The position numbers were made by a program, and so were the translations under genes. A DNA stretch of 64,000 bases. Source: a virus. The stretch is from positions 29,660 through 93,659 of IMG/VR virus record IMGVR_UViG_640427134_000001. One strand, 5' to 3'. Shown in pieces: positions 28,416 through 37,907 of this stretch. A model generated the notes under the pieces. The model worked only from the letters and a program-made list of their open reading frames with translations. It was not told the DNA's origin and did not search any database. Position 1 is the first letter of the stretch. The number at the start of each line of letters is the position of its first letter.

Positions 28416-29357
28416 TTAATCAAGAATGCTGGCTAAAAAATTTAAATCTTCCATACGTTCTGTTTCTGATATAGTTAGATGCCTTGAGATGAAAGGAAAA
28501 ATATTTATCATGAATTTTTTCATGTCCTTGAAAGCTTCATCTGAATACTTTGACTTACCGTGCAACTCATTAAAAATTACTAGCATCCATCTGAGATAGT
28601 GTTCTGGTATTGCAACATCAGGGATATCCTCCCACCTATCAATAAGTTTTGGGTGAGTATTTCTCATTCTACTAACTAAAGCCTTGTCGCAGTCACCTTT
28701 GCAAACCCAATTAATAAATTCAATTTTCTTGTCACTGTAATCTTTGTTTAGTGATATCCATGAAAGGATAATTCCGTGCTTTTCTTCTCCAAGTAACTCT
28801 TTATCACAAATCTGACATCTTAAACTAGGCTTTCCATTGAAAATTAATGCTGGCTTATGGTTTTCAGTCTGCCAAACCTTATAAGACCTTGGGAAAAACC
28901 GTTTAACAAGATTTAGTCCTTCCGGTGACTTAATTAGCTCTCCTTCAATGAGAGCACTGTCATATATATAGTAATTCTTCCTATGATTATTTTTAATACC
29001 CTCAAGATTTGTAGTTAGACCTGAGCTTGGAAGTGTCGAATAAAAGCCCATAAAAGCATCGCAATTATTTGTTACAAGCCTATCAATAATATTTGACTCT
29101 ACACTTGGACTAACTGAATTACCTGAATGAGCATTATGTTTACAACTTACTAACCATCTAACTTTTGTACTTCCAATCATACCTTGATGATGTTCTTCAA
29201 CAATGAGGTCTACTCCTGCATCAGCTCCCCTATCAGGATTTGATAAAACTGTAAATCCTTTCATGCTTAAGAATTCTCTTGCAAACAATTCAAATGTATC
29301 TTGCTGTCCATTTGCTTCGTGAGCCTTTGGTATTTCTTTGAAGTTTAAAGCACTCAT
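28416..29357 (-). CDS. Mrr-like PD-(D/E)xK nuclease with C-terminal CxxC domain, inserted in the hsd locus
   Basis: FELFAREFL...G.DAGVDL...VSCKH; CQIC...CKGDC. Confidence 0.7.
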   Translation of the reverse strand: MSALNFKEIPKAHEANGQQDTFELFAREFLSMKGFTVLSNPDRGADAGVDLIVEEHHQGMIGSTKVRWLVSCKHNAHSGNSVSPSVESNIIDRLVTNNCDAFMGFYSTLPSSGLTTNLEGIKNNHRKNYYIYDSALIEGELIKSPEGLNLVKRFFPRSYKVWQTENHKPALIFNGKPSLRCQICDKELLGEEKHGIILSWISLNKDYSDKKIEFINWVCKGDCDKALVSRMRNTHPKLIDRWEDIPDVAIPEHYLRWMLVIFNELHGKSKYSDEAFKDMKKFMINIFPFISRHLTISETERMEDLNFLASILD

Positions 29358-29380
29358 AGCCGTTTCTCTTATTTTAAGCT

Positions 29381-30676
29381 CTACTCAGGCTTTACCCAAT
29401 CCCGAACATCAATCTTACCCGTTACCGCAGCAGAAATAAGTGCTGTTCGACGTTCTTGCATTAGTTGGATTGCTTTTTTTGCATATCCAATTAACTCTCC
29501 ATACTTATATTTACTAGAATGAATAAAGCTTTCAATTTCCTTTCTTTCCTTAATAGTCGGTGGAAAAGCTATTTTTAAATTACTTAAAGCTTCCGCTGTA
29601 AGCTTCGGTTGTGCAGAACCGGTTACTAAGGGTGTCACATCAATAATATCTATAACCTCAGCCCAGAAATCAGCTAAGCCATCCTTAGCTTCTAAAATAT
29701 GAGCATGGTTATTAACCCAGTACTTACCATGAGCAGAAAAAGCTAGCGGCGTGCTCCTACTAAGTAAGTTAGCTCCATCCTCTCCTACTAAAACTGTAGG
29801 CTCATCAAAAATATAATCATCTATGTAATCAATAACACCAGACGCGCCATAGTATCTATAAATCCCTTCTCTATCACCTCTATCCTGACTATTAATTGGG
29901 ATTCGCCTTGAGTTTAAACTTTTGAGTTGAAATTTAATGTCTTTAACTTCCCAATGCGCAGGAACCTCACCTAACCATTCAACCCCCGAATCTTTCATCG
30001 GCACATCAGGATTTAAACCTTTGGTCACTGCATGACTAATAGTCGCTTGACGCTTTTCGGTTAATAATTCGATAAGACGTTGCTGTTTTTTGATAAGGGT
30101 ATCTATTTTGGCGGTTTCGTAGTCTAGAAAATCAGCTATTTCAGCCTGTTCTTCTCTACTCGGCACACATATTTCTATTTCAAGTAAGTCAGAGGCATTT
30201 AAAGCAGAGCGTACGCCTTGACCACCTATTTGATTATAAATACCTCTAAGATATAAATCGAAATAAAAATAATAAAAGAACTTAGATAACATACCCTTAT
30301 TAGGCTTTAACCTTATATAAGCAGGACTCATAATACCTTTTTTAAAGACTAAACCTACTCGACTAGTTTTATAATTTTCTAAATCAATAAGTTTAAATAC
30401 CAAGTCATCTTTTTCAAAAATTTGATAACCAGTGAAAGCTGAAGGTTGAAGGCCATCGTCACTATCAATACTACGTTCAATTACACCACGCATGGTTAAA
30501 GCAAGTCTATCCATACATTGTAGATTACGATTAACCTCTTTTAAGCTTTTAAATCTCCATTTGCCACGTAACAAACCCCAGTGTCGAGGAATCTCACCCA
30601 ACCACTCAACCCCAGAGCCTTTATACTCAGGATAGGCTTTATAACGACCCGATTGCATCACTGTTCTATCCACCAT
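29381..30676 (-). CDS. hsdS: Type I R-M specificity subunit
   Basis: Two SGVEWLGE(I/V)PxHW conserved repeats each preceding a TRD, with coiled-coil spacers. Confidence 0.95.
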   Translation of the reverse strand: MVDRTVMQSGRYKAYPEYKGSGVEWLGEIPRHWGLLRGKWRFKSLKEVNRNLQCMDRLALTMRGVIERSIDSDDGLQPSAFTGYQIFEKDDLVFKLIDLENYKTSRVGLVFKKGIMSPAYIRLKPNKGMLSKFFYYFYFDLYLRGIYNQIGGQGVRSALNASDLLEIEICVPSREEQAEIADFLDYETAKIDTLIKKQQRLIELLTEKRQATISHAVTKGLNPDVPMKDSGVEWLGEVPAHWEVKDIKFQLKSLNSRRIPINSQDRGDREGIYRYYGASGVIDYIDDYIFDEPTVLVGEDGANLLSRSTPLAFSAHGKYWVNNHAHILEAKDGLADFWAEVIDIIDVTPLVTGSAQPKLTAEALSNLKIAFPPTIKERKEIESFIHSSKYKYGELIGYAKKAIQLMQERRTALISAAVTGKIDVRDWVKPE

Positions 30677-33096
30677 TACGAATGCACCTCGCTAAGCAAC
30701 TGCATAATATCCTGACTCACCTTATCAAGATCCGCATCAATCTCGCTCAGGGGTCTAGGTGGCTCATACACATAGAAGTGACGGTTAAACGGTATCTCAT
30801 AACCCACAACACCAATCTCTTCATCTATGGCATCACGCTTGCCAGCATCAATCCACGCATCCGCCACATGCGGCTGTACTTCACGCTTAAAGTAGCTTTC
30901 AATCAGCTCGCAGGTGCTCACAGACGGATCTAATGGAATGTTCTCATAATCACGTAAGTCGCTATCAGTCTCAAACTCAACGATTTTTGCTTTGCCTTTA
31001 CTGTCTGCAACCTCAAACGCACCGTATAACGGATTGGCCTCTTTTGCTGACTTCTTAACCACACGCTCAGCGTCAGGGTTTTTCCACGTAATAGTATTTA
31101 GGATTTGCTTTTTGTCTTTGGCAGTTAGATCCAGCCCAGTATCTTTAATTGCTTGCTTAAATACTTCATCAAACTGGTTATAATCATCAAACTGCTCGGT
31201 ACCAATCTCATCTTGTAATACTTTAGCGGCGTTCATGATTGCCAACTGCTCACGCCACAGTTTGCTATCTAGAACTTCTTTAATTTGCTTCTCTTTTAGC
31301 TCACTAAAGTCAGCTTTAATCATGGCACGAGCTTCAACCTGAATATCACTGGTTTGATCACCAAAGTCACCGTAAGTTTCTTCAGTCCACTGCTCACCAA
31401 ACTTCTCATATAAGGCTGGCATGACCGAGTCATAAGTACGCTCTGCATAGCGTAGTGACTCAATCGCTTCATCACTCATTTGTGCTGATAAGCGTAATGG
31501 ACGCTCAATAGTCACACGGCGATAGCCAAACTCATGAGTATCAAAGATTTTACTAGCGAAGGTTTTCGCGGTTTCAGCTTTTGGCGTGGCTGATTGACGG
31601 CCACGGTTTGACTTAACATCGGCTGGCTTGTCTAGCGCGCGGGCATCCACTACCTCAAAATCACCAAAGGTGCGAGTGATGATTTTGATATCCTCTTCAC
31701 TCATCTCATTACGCTTAGAGCCAAGTGACTTACGCATCTTGCTATATAGATTGGTACCATCGATTAGCTGTACCTTGCCTTTACGCTCAGGCGCTTTATG
31801 ATTAGTCAATATCCATACGTAGGTAGCGATACCTGTGTTGTAGAACATATCGGTCGGTAGCGCAATGATAGCTTCTAGCAAGTCCGACTCTAAGATATAG
31901 CGACGGATTTCACTCTCACCACTACCTGCACCACCTGTAAATAGTGGTGAACCATTTAAGATAATACCAATACGGCTGCCTGTTACAGAAGTGTCTTGTT
32001 GCTCCGATGATCGATTGGACAACTCAAGGCTATCTCTTTTTGGGCTAGCCACAGGGCGCATCTTACTGATTAGATGCAGTAGGAATAATAGCGAGCCGTC
32101 TGAGACACGGGGCGTACCTGGACCAAAGCGACCGTCAAAGCCTTTTTGCTCATGCTCGTCTTTAATCTCGCCAGCAATCTTCTTCCAGTCCACACCAAAA
32201 GGAGGGTTTGACAGCATATAGTCAAACTTATCAGCAGGTAGCTGGTCATCAGACAAGGTATTACCTAGCTTAATACGGCTAACCTCCTGACCTTTGATAA
32301 GCATATCCGCTTTACAGATAGCATAAGACTCAGGGTTTAACTCTTGTCCAAAGGCACGCATAACCGCATTGGGGTTTAGTTCTAGCACATACTCCATGCC
32401 TGATGATAAAAAGCCACCTGTACCGGCCGTGGGGTCATAAATGGTACGAATGATACCGTCTTTAATCAGTGCATCATCGTCTTCCATGAATACCAATGAC
32501 GTTGTTAAACGTACGATATCACGTGGTGTAAAGTGTTCCCCTGCTGTCTCGTTTGAGCTTTCTGCAAAGCGGCGGATTAACTCTTCAAACACCAGACCCA
32601 TCTCATAGTTGGAAACGGCCTCAGGACTCAAATCTACGTTTTGGAATTTTTGTACTACTTTATAAAGCAAGTTAGCGTCATTTAACTGGCCGACAAACTC
32701 TTCAAATTTAAAGTGGGCAAATATTTCACGAGCATCTTTAGAGAATGACTGAATATAGTGGCTCAGGTTGGCTTCGATATCGCTTTGGCCCATCTTAGCC
32801 AGCGTCATTGGTGAGGTGTTATAAAACGCTAGACCATTAGTCTTACGTAATAAAAACTTGGCTTCTGCTTCTTCATTAAGGCCCATGGCGCTAATTTTTT
32901 GAGCTTCTTCCACCACGGCATCTTTGGACTCTTCAAGAACACACTCTAGGCGGCGTAGTAGCGTAAATGGCAGAATGATACGGCCGTACTGGGATTGTTT
33001 GAAGTCACCGCGTAATAAGTCAGCCACTGACCAAATAAAAGCTGCTAGATTGTTAGAAGTTTGGTATTGTCTGGTGTCAGAATTAAATGTGCTCAT
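30676..33096 (-). CDS. hsdM: Type I R-M methyltransferase (m6A/m4C class); probable start ATG 33096
   Basis: [18 protein letters not shown] and NPPFG motifs. Confidence 0.95.
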   Translation of the reverse strand: MSTFNSDTRQYQTSNNLAAFIWSVADLLRGDFKQSQYGRIILPFTLLRRLECVLEESKDAVVEEAQKISAMGLNEEAEAKFLLRKTNGLAFYNTSPMTLAKMGQSDIEANLSHYIQSFSKDAREIFAHFKFEEFVGQLNDANLLYKVVQKFQNVDLSPEAVSNYEMGLVFEELIRRFAESSNETAGEHFTPRDIVRLTTSLVFMEDDDALIKDGIIRTIYDPTAGTGGFLSSGMEYVLELNPNAVMRAFGQELNPESYAICKADMLIKGQEVSRIKLGNTLSDDQLPADKFDYMLSNPPFGVDWKKIAGEIKDEHEQKGFDGRFGPGTPRVSDGSLLFLLHLISKMRPVASPKRDSLELSNRSSEQQDTSVTGSRIGIILNGSPLFTGGAGSGESEIRRYILESDLLEAIIALPTDMFYNTGIATYVWILTNHKAPERKGKVQLIDGTNLYSKMRKSLGSKRNEMSEEDIKIITRTFGDFEVVDARALDKPADVKSNRGRQSATPKAETAKTFASKIFDTHEFGYRRVTIERPLRLSAQMSDEAIESLRYAERTYDSVMPALYEKFGEQWTEETYGDFGDQTSDIQVEARAMIKADFSELKEKQIKEVLDSKLWREQLAIMNAAKVLQDEIGTEQFDDYNQFDEVFKQAIKDTGLDLTAKDKKQILNTITWKNPDAERVVKKSAKEANPLYGAFEVADSKGKAKIVEFETDSDLRDYENIPLDPSVSTCELIESYFKREVQPHVADAWIDAGKRDAIDEEIGVVGYEIPFNRHFYVYEPPRPLSEIDADLDKVSQDIMQLLSEVHS

Positions 33097-33298
33097 AAGT
33101 ATCTTATTGTTTGTAATGGAAGTTAATAGAAATCCAGGCTCTAGCTTAAAAAGAAAAATCAATTGATTAAATCAAACTAGTTTAGGTCTATATTTTTACT
33201 TTGTCCATCTGCAACATGCTTTTACTTAACATACCAGGCAAGATATTTAACCTCGTTTACGTTAACAATAAGTCTCAAAAGCACAGCCAGTTAAAATA

Positions 33299-34186
33299 TC
33301 ACTCCTCCAAATCATCAAGCTCAACATCTTCAGCATCACCATTACCAAAAAAATCAGGATCATGCTCAAGCTGGGTAAGCGACTGCATCCGCTCTTGCAA
33401 TTCCCTATGCAGCTTTTCACGAGCTGCACGCTCTTCTTCATCAATACCTGCCAGCGCTTCAAGCGCCCCTAAACGGCGCTCTTGTTCTGATTGCTTAAAG
33501 TCCTCGGCACTGATACCGCACATGGGCATTTCTTGTTCAGCAATCACCTTTTGTGCCTGAGTTAAATTACCCAATACAAAACTTAGACTTTTTATTACTC
33601 CTAACTTTTTAGCAATAGGGTCCTCTTCTTCATCATAGAACCTATAATCATCATCGTCACCAGTGCTAACATGGTCCACCTCAATAGGTGTTGGATTTAG
33701 TACGTTTTCTGCGACGTCAAGTGATAGCATGGTGATCGCATCTTCTAATGCGCCCAGGTTATGCAGCCTGTTTCTGTGTTTGATAATGACGCTGGCACGC
33801 TGTTCAGTTGAGAGAACGATTTTCTGTTTTGTTTTCTGCGTTTCGTTAATTATCGTTCTGTAAACCTGATTTTCAGGCTCATTTTTGACTTTATTGTTTT
33901 TATCGTTCTCTTGTTTTTTTAGCGTTCCGTTTCGTTCACTACTTTTCTCGTTCGTTCTGTGTTTTTGGCTATCTTTTTTAGTCTCTGGTGTAGAGTCTAA
34001 GACAGGTAATTTCGTCCAATCATACTTTTTCGCCCTATTGTACACAGCAGATTTAGATGACGGCGCCTTATCCCCGTAAACTTCTTGCAAATGCTCAACG
34101 ACCTCTTGATAAGAAATATTTGGCTCACTTTCCCATAGTGCTTGAGCGGCCTCCCAAACCTCGTCAGGGACTTTAACTCTTGCCAT
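33299..34186 (-). CDS. Putative terminase small subunit (PacA-like)
   Basis: N-terminal HTH W..A..LWE...SY...S.SAVYNRAKKYDW typical of TerS; acidic C-terminal tail. Confidence 0.65.
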   Translation of the reverse strand: MARVKVPDEVWEAAQALWESEPNISYQEVVEHLQEVYGDKAPSSKSAVYNRAKKYDWTKLPVLDSTPETKKDSQKHRTNEKSSERNGTLKKQENDKNNKVKNEPENQVYRTIINETQKTKQKIVLSTEQRASVIIKHRNRLHNLGALEDAITMLSLDVAENVLNPTPIEVDHVSTGDDDDYRFYDEEEDPIAKKLGVIKSLSFVLGNLTQAQKVIAEQEMPMCGISAEDFKQSEQERRLGALEALAGIDEEERAAREKLHRELQERMQSLTQLEHDPDFFGNGDAEDVELDDLEE

Positions 34187-34875
34187 CAGTTAACCCCTTT
34201 AACCATTTCTTCATCACTATATACAGGTTCCGGCAAAGGTAGACTGTACTGATAGTCGCAATCAAGATCAGATAGCATGATGTGCTTATCCTCTTTGTCT
34301 AGTCGCTGCTTAATCTGCATCATTTGCGTCTCAACAGCCATAATTTGCCTCGCTTGCTTAGATTCAATCTTACGTATTGTCGACATAAGACTTTTAGCGC
34401 TTTGAGCGATTTGAGAATCTTTTTGAACCTCTTGCTCTTTTAGCAGTCTGCATAACTGTTTCGCATCAGCCAATAGTGCTTCTTGATCATTAACGCAAAT
34501 CGATTTCATATGCTCAGTGATTGTTTCGGCAAACTGTTCTGTTAAATGCTCTACCATTGCACGCGATTGAGTCACCACATGGTTAACAGTGCTTGCCAGC
34601 ATATCCAGCTCTGGCTCAACCGATAGGCCGCAAATATAATCAAGCGACTGGTTATAAAGATTTTGAAATATCAGCAAGTCTATAAGCGTTAAGTCCTTAT
34701 TGCCATTCTCAATTTCACTGATACGGTTTCTATTGTTATCCACGTTCCACACAATACGCATGACCTCAGCTTGCGTCATGCCGGCATTTTTTCTTGCAGC
34801 CGCCAAATTGCGACCCACTGTTACTCTGATTTGTTTTAACTGTTTATCCGTAAACCCAAGCCGTTTTTTTGCCAC
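34186..34875 (-). CDS. XRE-type HTH protein, candidate late-gene activator
   Basis: GRNLAAARKNAGMTQAEV...ISEIENG HTH. Sits at the end of the early-right operon, just before terS. Confidence 0.7.
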   Translation of the reverse strand: MAKKRLGFTDKQLKQIRVTVGRNLAAARKNAGMTQAEVMRIVWNVDNNRNRISEIENGNKDLTLIDLLIFQNLYNQSLDYICGLSVEPELDMLASTVNHVVTQSRAMVEHLTEQFAETITEHMKSICVNDQEALLADAKQLCRLLKEQEVQKDSQIAQSAKSLMSTIRKIESKQARQIMAVETQMMQIKQRLDKEDKHIMLSDLDCDYQYSLPLPEPVYSDEEMVKGVN

Positions 34876-34888
34876 ACGCGCGCCCTCA

Positions 34889-34916
34889 TTGCAGTTTTTT
34901 CTGTCATTGATATAAT
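34889..34916 (+). promoter_or_regulatory. Sigma70 promoter, antisense to the early-right operon
   Basis: TTGCAG (34889-94)-N16-TATAAT (34911-16) with extended TG at 34908-09. Confidence 0.6.
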
Positions 34917-34922
34917 CATGCT

Positions 34923-34990
34923 GCCTAATGGAATAAGGGCTGGAATTGTCATCCTTTGGCGCTCATGTAACCGCATGAGCGCTTTTTTTT
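34923..34990 (+). ncRNA. Candidate ~68-nt antisense sRNA
   Basis: Lies between the promoter above and a 9-bp stem GCGCTCATG/CATGAGCGC plus T8 terminator (34959-34990). Confidence 0.5.
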
Positions 34991-34996
34991 GCCTGT

Positions 34997-35443
34997 TTAT
35001 TTGTCAGCTGTTAACTGGCTTACGCCATCAAAGTCACCTAATTTAATGTACTGCTGAATAACTGATATAACGTTATCAATCCCTTTAGCGACAACCGCGC
35101 AATACCCCTCTTTGGCCAACATCTCGATTCGTTCTTTTTGGGCCGGCGTGGCATAGCTGTTACCATCTTTTTTAATCTCAATGCGCAGGCCGTGATAAGC
35201 GCCTCTGGCAATATCAATAATCAAGTCTGGGTAGCCCGCTTTCACACCCATACGCTTAAATTTAGCCGCCTCTGGTGAATAGCGCTTACCGCTAGACCCT
35301 ATCTTGGCCGCTCTCTTACCGCCGTTTGGCGAATGATGAATATAATCAAACAATGGCCGGCCTTTGAACTTCTGGCGCTTTGACCAATTCATTACTACTG
35401 TTTGTACCTCATCTTCTGTTAGGCCCTTCAATCTACCCTTCAT
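34997..35443 (-). CDS. VRR-NUC domain nuclease
   Basis: HSPNGG.R...GV.AG.PDL...IEIK...T..Q..R pattern. Confidence 0.88.
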   Translation of the reverse strand: MKGRLKGLTEDEVQTVVMNWSKRQKFKGRPLFDYIHHSPNGGKRAAKIGSSGKRYSPEAAKFKRMGVKAGYPDLIIDIARGAYHGLRIEIKKDGNSYATPAQKERIEMLAKEGYCAVVAKGIDNVISVIQQYIKLGDFDGVSQLTADK

Positions 35444-35456
35444 GCCCTTTTAACTC

Positions 35457-35669
35457 CTACTTGCCCCATAACAAACTGATAAACGCCACTGTAAAAAAAA
35501 TAACTGGAACGGCTATCAAATACCCTAAAACACACTTGTGGTACCACTGGACCTGAAACCTATACACCCGCCTGCCATCACCAAAAACAACACGAGCAAT
35601 TAAATACGTGCTAAATAGGGAAAGAAAAAGATAGCACCACAACATCATCAAAAATAATTCGCTTAACAT
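35457..35669 (-). CDS. Small membrane protein
   Basis: Two hydrophobic segments; in operon. Confidence 0.55.
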   Translation of the reverse strand: MLSELFLMMLWCYLFLSLFSTYLIARVVFGDGRRVYRFQVQWYHKCVLGYLIAVPVIFFTVAFISLLWGK

Positions 35670-35681
35670 AAAAAGCCCTTA

Positions 35682-35945
35682 CTAAAATCTAAAAATATTC
35701 TCGCCTTGTCTTAGTTGATAACCCCCAGCACCATCTGCACCCCAAGCAATATCGCCTAACTCATGATTAATCGCATTGCCGTTTAAATCCCATCGAACGA
35801 TTTGATCAAAAAAAGGATTACCCTCAACTGCTCTTACCCGGGCGCTATACTGATTCCAATGATTGCCGGCCGGGTCATATGCTTTGCTTAAGCGTGTGAG
35901 CGTATAACCCTTACTTGTTTTAAGCTTACCTGCTCTTACACCCAC
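35682..35945 (-). CDS. Hypothetical phage protein
   Basis: Coupled ORF in the nin-like region. Confidence 0.55.
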   Translation of the reverse strand: MGVRAGKLKTSKGYTLTRLSKAYDPAGNHWNQYSARVRAVEGNPFFDQIVRWDLNGNAINHELGDIAWGADGAGGYQLRQGENIFRF

Positions 35946-36394
35946 CGATAGCCACCTGGTGCCTTAATCTTTGTTTTAAGCGCCCGTATGACCACATGAC
36001 ATTCACGATAATCAAGCTCAACCTCTGGTGCGTGCTCCATGAGCTCATCGCAAAAGTCTCTAAATGCTTGACCAATAGCGGCAACTAGCCCAGCTTGGTC
36101 ATGCTCCCCTTCAATTTCAGCCTTAGCGTGTGCACGTTGACCATCTTTGCTAACTGGATTCATGGTGAAAGTGTAAGTCCGGTCGTGACTGAAAATATCA
36201 TGTGGCCGGGTTAAGAAATCTTCGGTACGTACCACTCGCTTGATTAGGTCCTGCACCTCGTCACCGTCCAAAAACATTTTCATGTACCCTTGATACTGGC
36301 GCGGCTTAGACTTCGCTTGTTGTATTTTGTTGGCTTTTTTTGCTTTTAACGCCTTAGCACGGCGCTGATCTTTATTGGACTTATTCTTAGCCAT
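35936..36394 (-). CDS. Hypothetical phage protein with basic N-terminus
   Basis: 152-aa ORF in the nin-like region. Confidence 0.6.
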   Translation of the reverse strand: MAKNKSNKDQRRAKALKAKKANKIQQAKSKPRQYQGYMKMFLDGDEVQDLIKRVVRTEDFLTRPHDIFSHDRTYTFTMNPVSKDGQRAHAKAEIEGEHDQAGLVAAIGQAFRDFCDELMEHAPEVELDYRECHVVIRALKTKIKAPGGYRWV

Positions 36395-36408
36395 GGATTC
36401 CCTTTGTT

Positions 36409-37119
36409 TTAAACTTCAACTGTTTCTTGCCTGGGCCTGCCTACACCGAATCTAGCCTTCATTTTTTCCCAGTCTTGAGCTATTGGACTATCATCATTTA
36501 GGCGGGCAGGTTTAGGTGCTTCAATACGATGGGTTTTGGGTATCTCAAAATTAGCCCCGTTCTTGTGTTCGATAATCACTTGCTCATAGACCGTTGCAAA
36601 GTATTTAATAAATCCGTTGCCAGCACTCGCTAAATTGCCCCACCCGATGCGATTTGCAGTTTCTAGTACAGTTGGGTGTCTCCAGTCTCTTTCGACGTCT
36701 CCGCGCATTCCTGCACATCTACAGGCTGTTTCAAATGCGGTTTGTATATCTAAGTACTCGCTTTGCTTGCCAGCCCTCGCTAAGTCTAAAAAATCAGCTG
36801 GTGCTGTTGGTGGCCATGAAAGACTTAACGATTTACGCTTAGCTTGGTTAAACTCGTCTTGTGTCATGCCTAGGTCGGTTAATGCGATATACCAGACGGT
36901 CAGTGTGTCAACACCCCAGTCCTCATCTTTGATTTTTGATCTAAATAACTTTTTCCACCCTGCAAACAAACTGGCTATCTGCTGCTTAGAAAGGCACGTT
37001 TGCGAATTCGTCTGGGTACTGCTGTGCAAGGTCTCTGGCAAGGTTTTCTGCGTAGATGTCTGCGCTTGATTTCTTTGGCTGTTCGTTAGCTGGGTTGTTA
37101 GCTGGTTGATTGATTGCAT
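36409..37119 (-). CDS. Lambda P-like replication protein (helicase loader)
   Basis: W...L...G....F...K...WPP.....F.....W.HP pattern; overlaps the O-like gene. Confidence 0.75.
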   Translation of the reverse strand: MQSINQLTTQLTNSQRNQAQTSTQKTLPETLHSSTQTNSQTCLSKQQIASLFAGWKKLFRSKIKDEDWGVDTLTVWYIALTDLGMTQDEFNQAKRKSLSLSWPPTAPADFLDLARAGKQSEYLDIQTAFETACRCAGMRGDVERDWRHPTVLETANRIGWGNLASAGNGFIKYFATVYEQVIIEHKNGANFEIPKTHRIEAPKPARLNDDSPIAQDWEKMKARFGVGRPRQETVEV

Positions 37120-37870
37120 GATTAAGTCCTGTGTTCTGATTTCCTGTGTTTTGCTTAGCTGCGGTCTGCTTGTTATTTCGATTCCAGTTGCGACAAGTTG
37201 CTTGCCAGTTTTTCATCGATGATCTACCAACCTTCCAGCCGTTCGATTCGTAGTAATCAAAAAACCTTTCAGCAATTGCTTGTGAATCACTACGACCTAG
37301 TTCAGAAAAATAACTTTTAATCTGATTAACACTAGGCTTAACAAACTGATTTGTTTTTTTGGATTTGTCAGGCTCGGCTGGCTTTTCTTTTTTATTATTT
37401 TTTTCTTTATACTTTTCTTTAATTACTTTTCTTTCTTTTTCTTTATTACTTCCCAAATTTTGGGAGCCAACTTGGTCAGATTTTGGGAATCTAATGGTCA
37501 AATTTTGGGATGCTAAATTTTGGGATGCTAAATTTTGACCTAGTTTTTTGGGGTCGAAATTGGCGATATTTTCATAATTTAGACTGTAAATTGTTGTCTT
37601 TCTTTGCTGTCTTTTGGCAGTTAAAAAGCCAAAATCAACCAGCTCATTTACTACTTTTGAAACCGTATTTTTGCTGATATTGCAGGTTTCTTGTAAAAAG
37701 CTATTCGATAGAGATTTATCGGTATTTCCATAACCGTCTATCATTCTCACCATGCGTAGAAGAACCCCAAATGCAGCGGGCGATAAGAATGGCTGTGCGT
37801 CAAAAATCTTGTTATCAATCTGCGTATAGCCTGTTTCTCTCATTGGTGATTGCCTATAAACCGTATTCAT
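36986..37870 (-). CDS. Lambda O-like replication initiator
   Basis: N-terminal wHTH (GYTQIDN...NTVSKVVNELVDFG), central iterons, C-terminal F.DYYESNGW...W.AT.RNW domain. Confidence 0.85.
   Translation of the reverse strand: MNTVYRQSPMRETGYTQIDNKIFDAQPFLSPAAFGVLLRMVRMIDGYGNTDKSLSNSFLQETCNISKNTVSKVVNELVDFGFLTAKRQQRKTTIYSLNYENIANFDPKKLGQNLASQNLASQNLTIRFPKSDQVGSQNLGSNKEKERKVIKEKYKEKNNKKEKPAEPDKSKKTNQFVKPSVNQIKSYFSELGRSDSQAIAERFFDYYESNGWKVGRSSMKNWQATCRNWNRNNKQTAAKQNTGNQNTGLNHAINQPANNPANEQPKKSSADIYAENLARDLAQQYPDEFANVPF
37380..37540. repeat. Replication origin: iterons plus AT-rich tract inside the O-like gene
   Basis: A(A/G)ATTTTGGGA at 37455, 37478, 37500 and 37515, degenerate copy at 37530, palindrome TCCCAAATTTTGGGA 37451-37465, adjacent T-rich tract 37380-37450. 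Confidence 0.75.
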
Positions 37871-37907
37871 GATTAAATATCCTTGTTAGTTACTTTTTGA
37901 TGGTTAA

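Noticed and set aside
31980-32060. Intein or mobile insert in HsdM ([26 protein letters not shown])
   Set aside because: Only about 20 aa with no splicing motifs or repeats; likely a variable loop.
32533-32539. GTGTTCC inside hsdM (also 60860-60866 in the adhesin)
   Set aside because: Within coding sequence and with no -10-like hexamer at 26-27 nt; a few chance hits of a 7-mer are expected. My scan was by eye and not exhaustive.
33224-33251. pdif/XerCD site at the hsdM border
   Set aside because: One arm matches the XerD consensus at 9/11, but there is no XerC-like arm across a 6-bp spacer.
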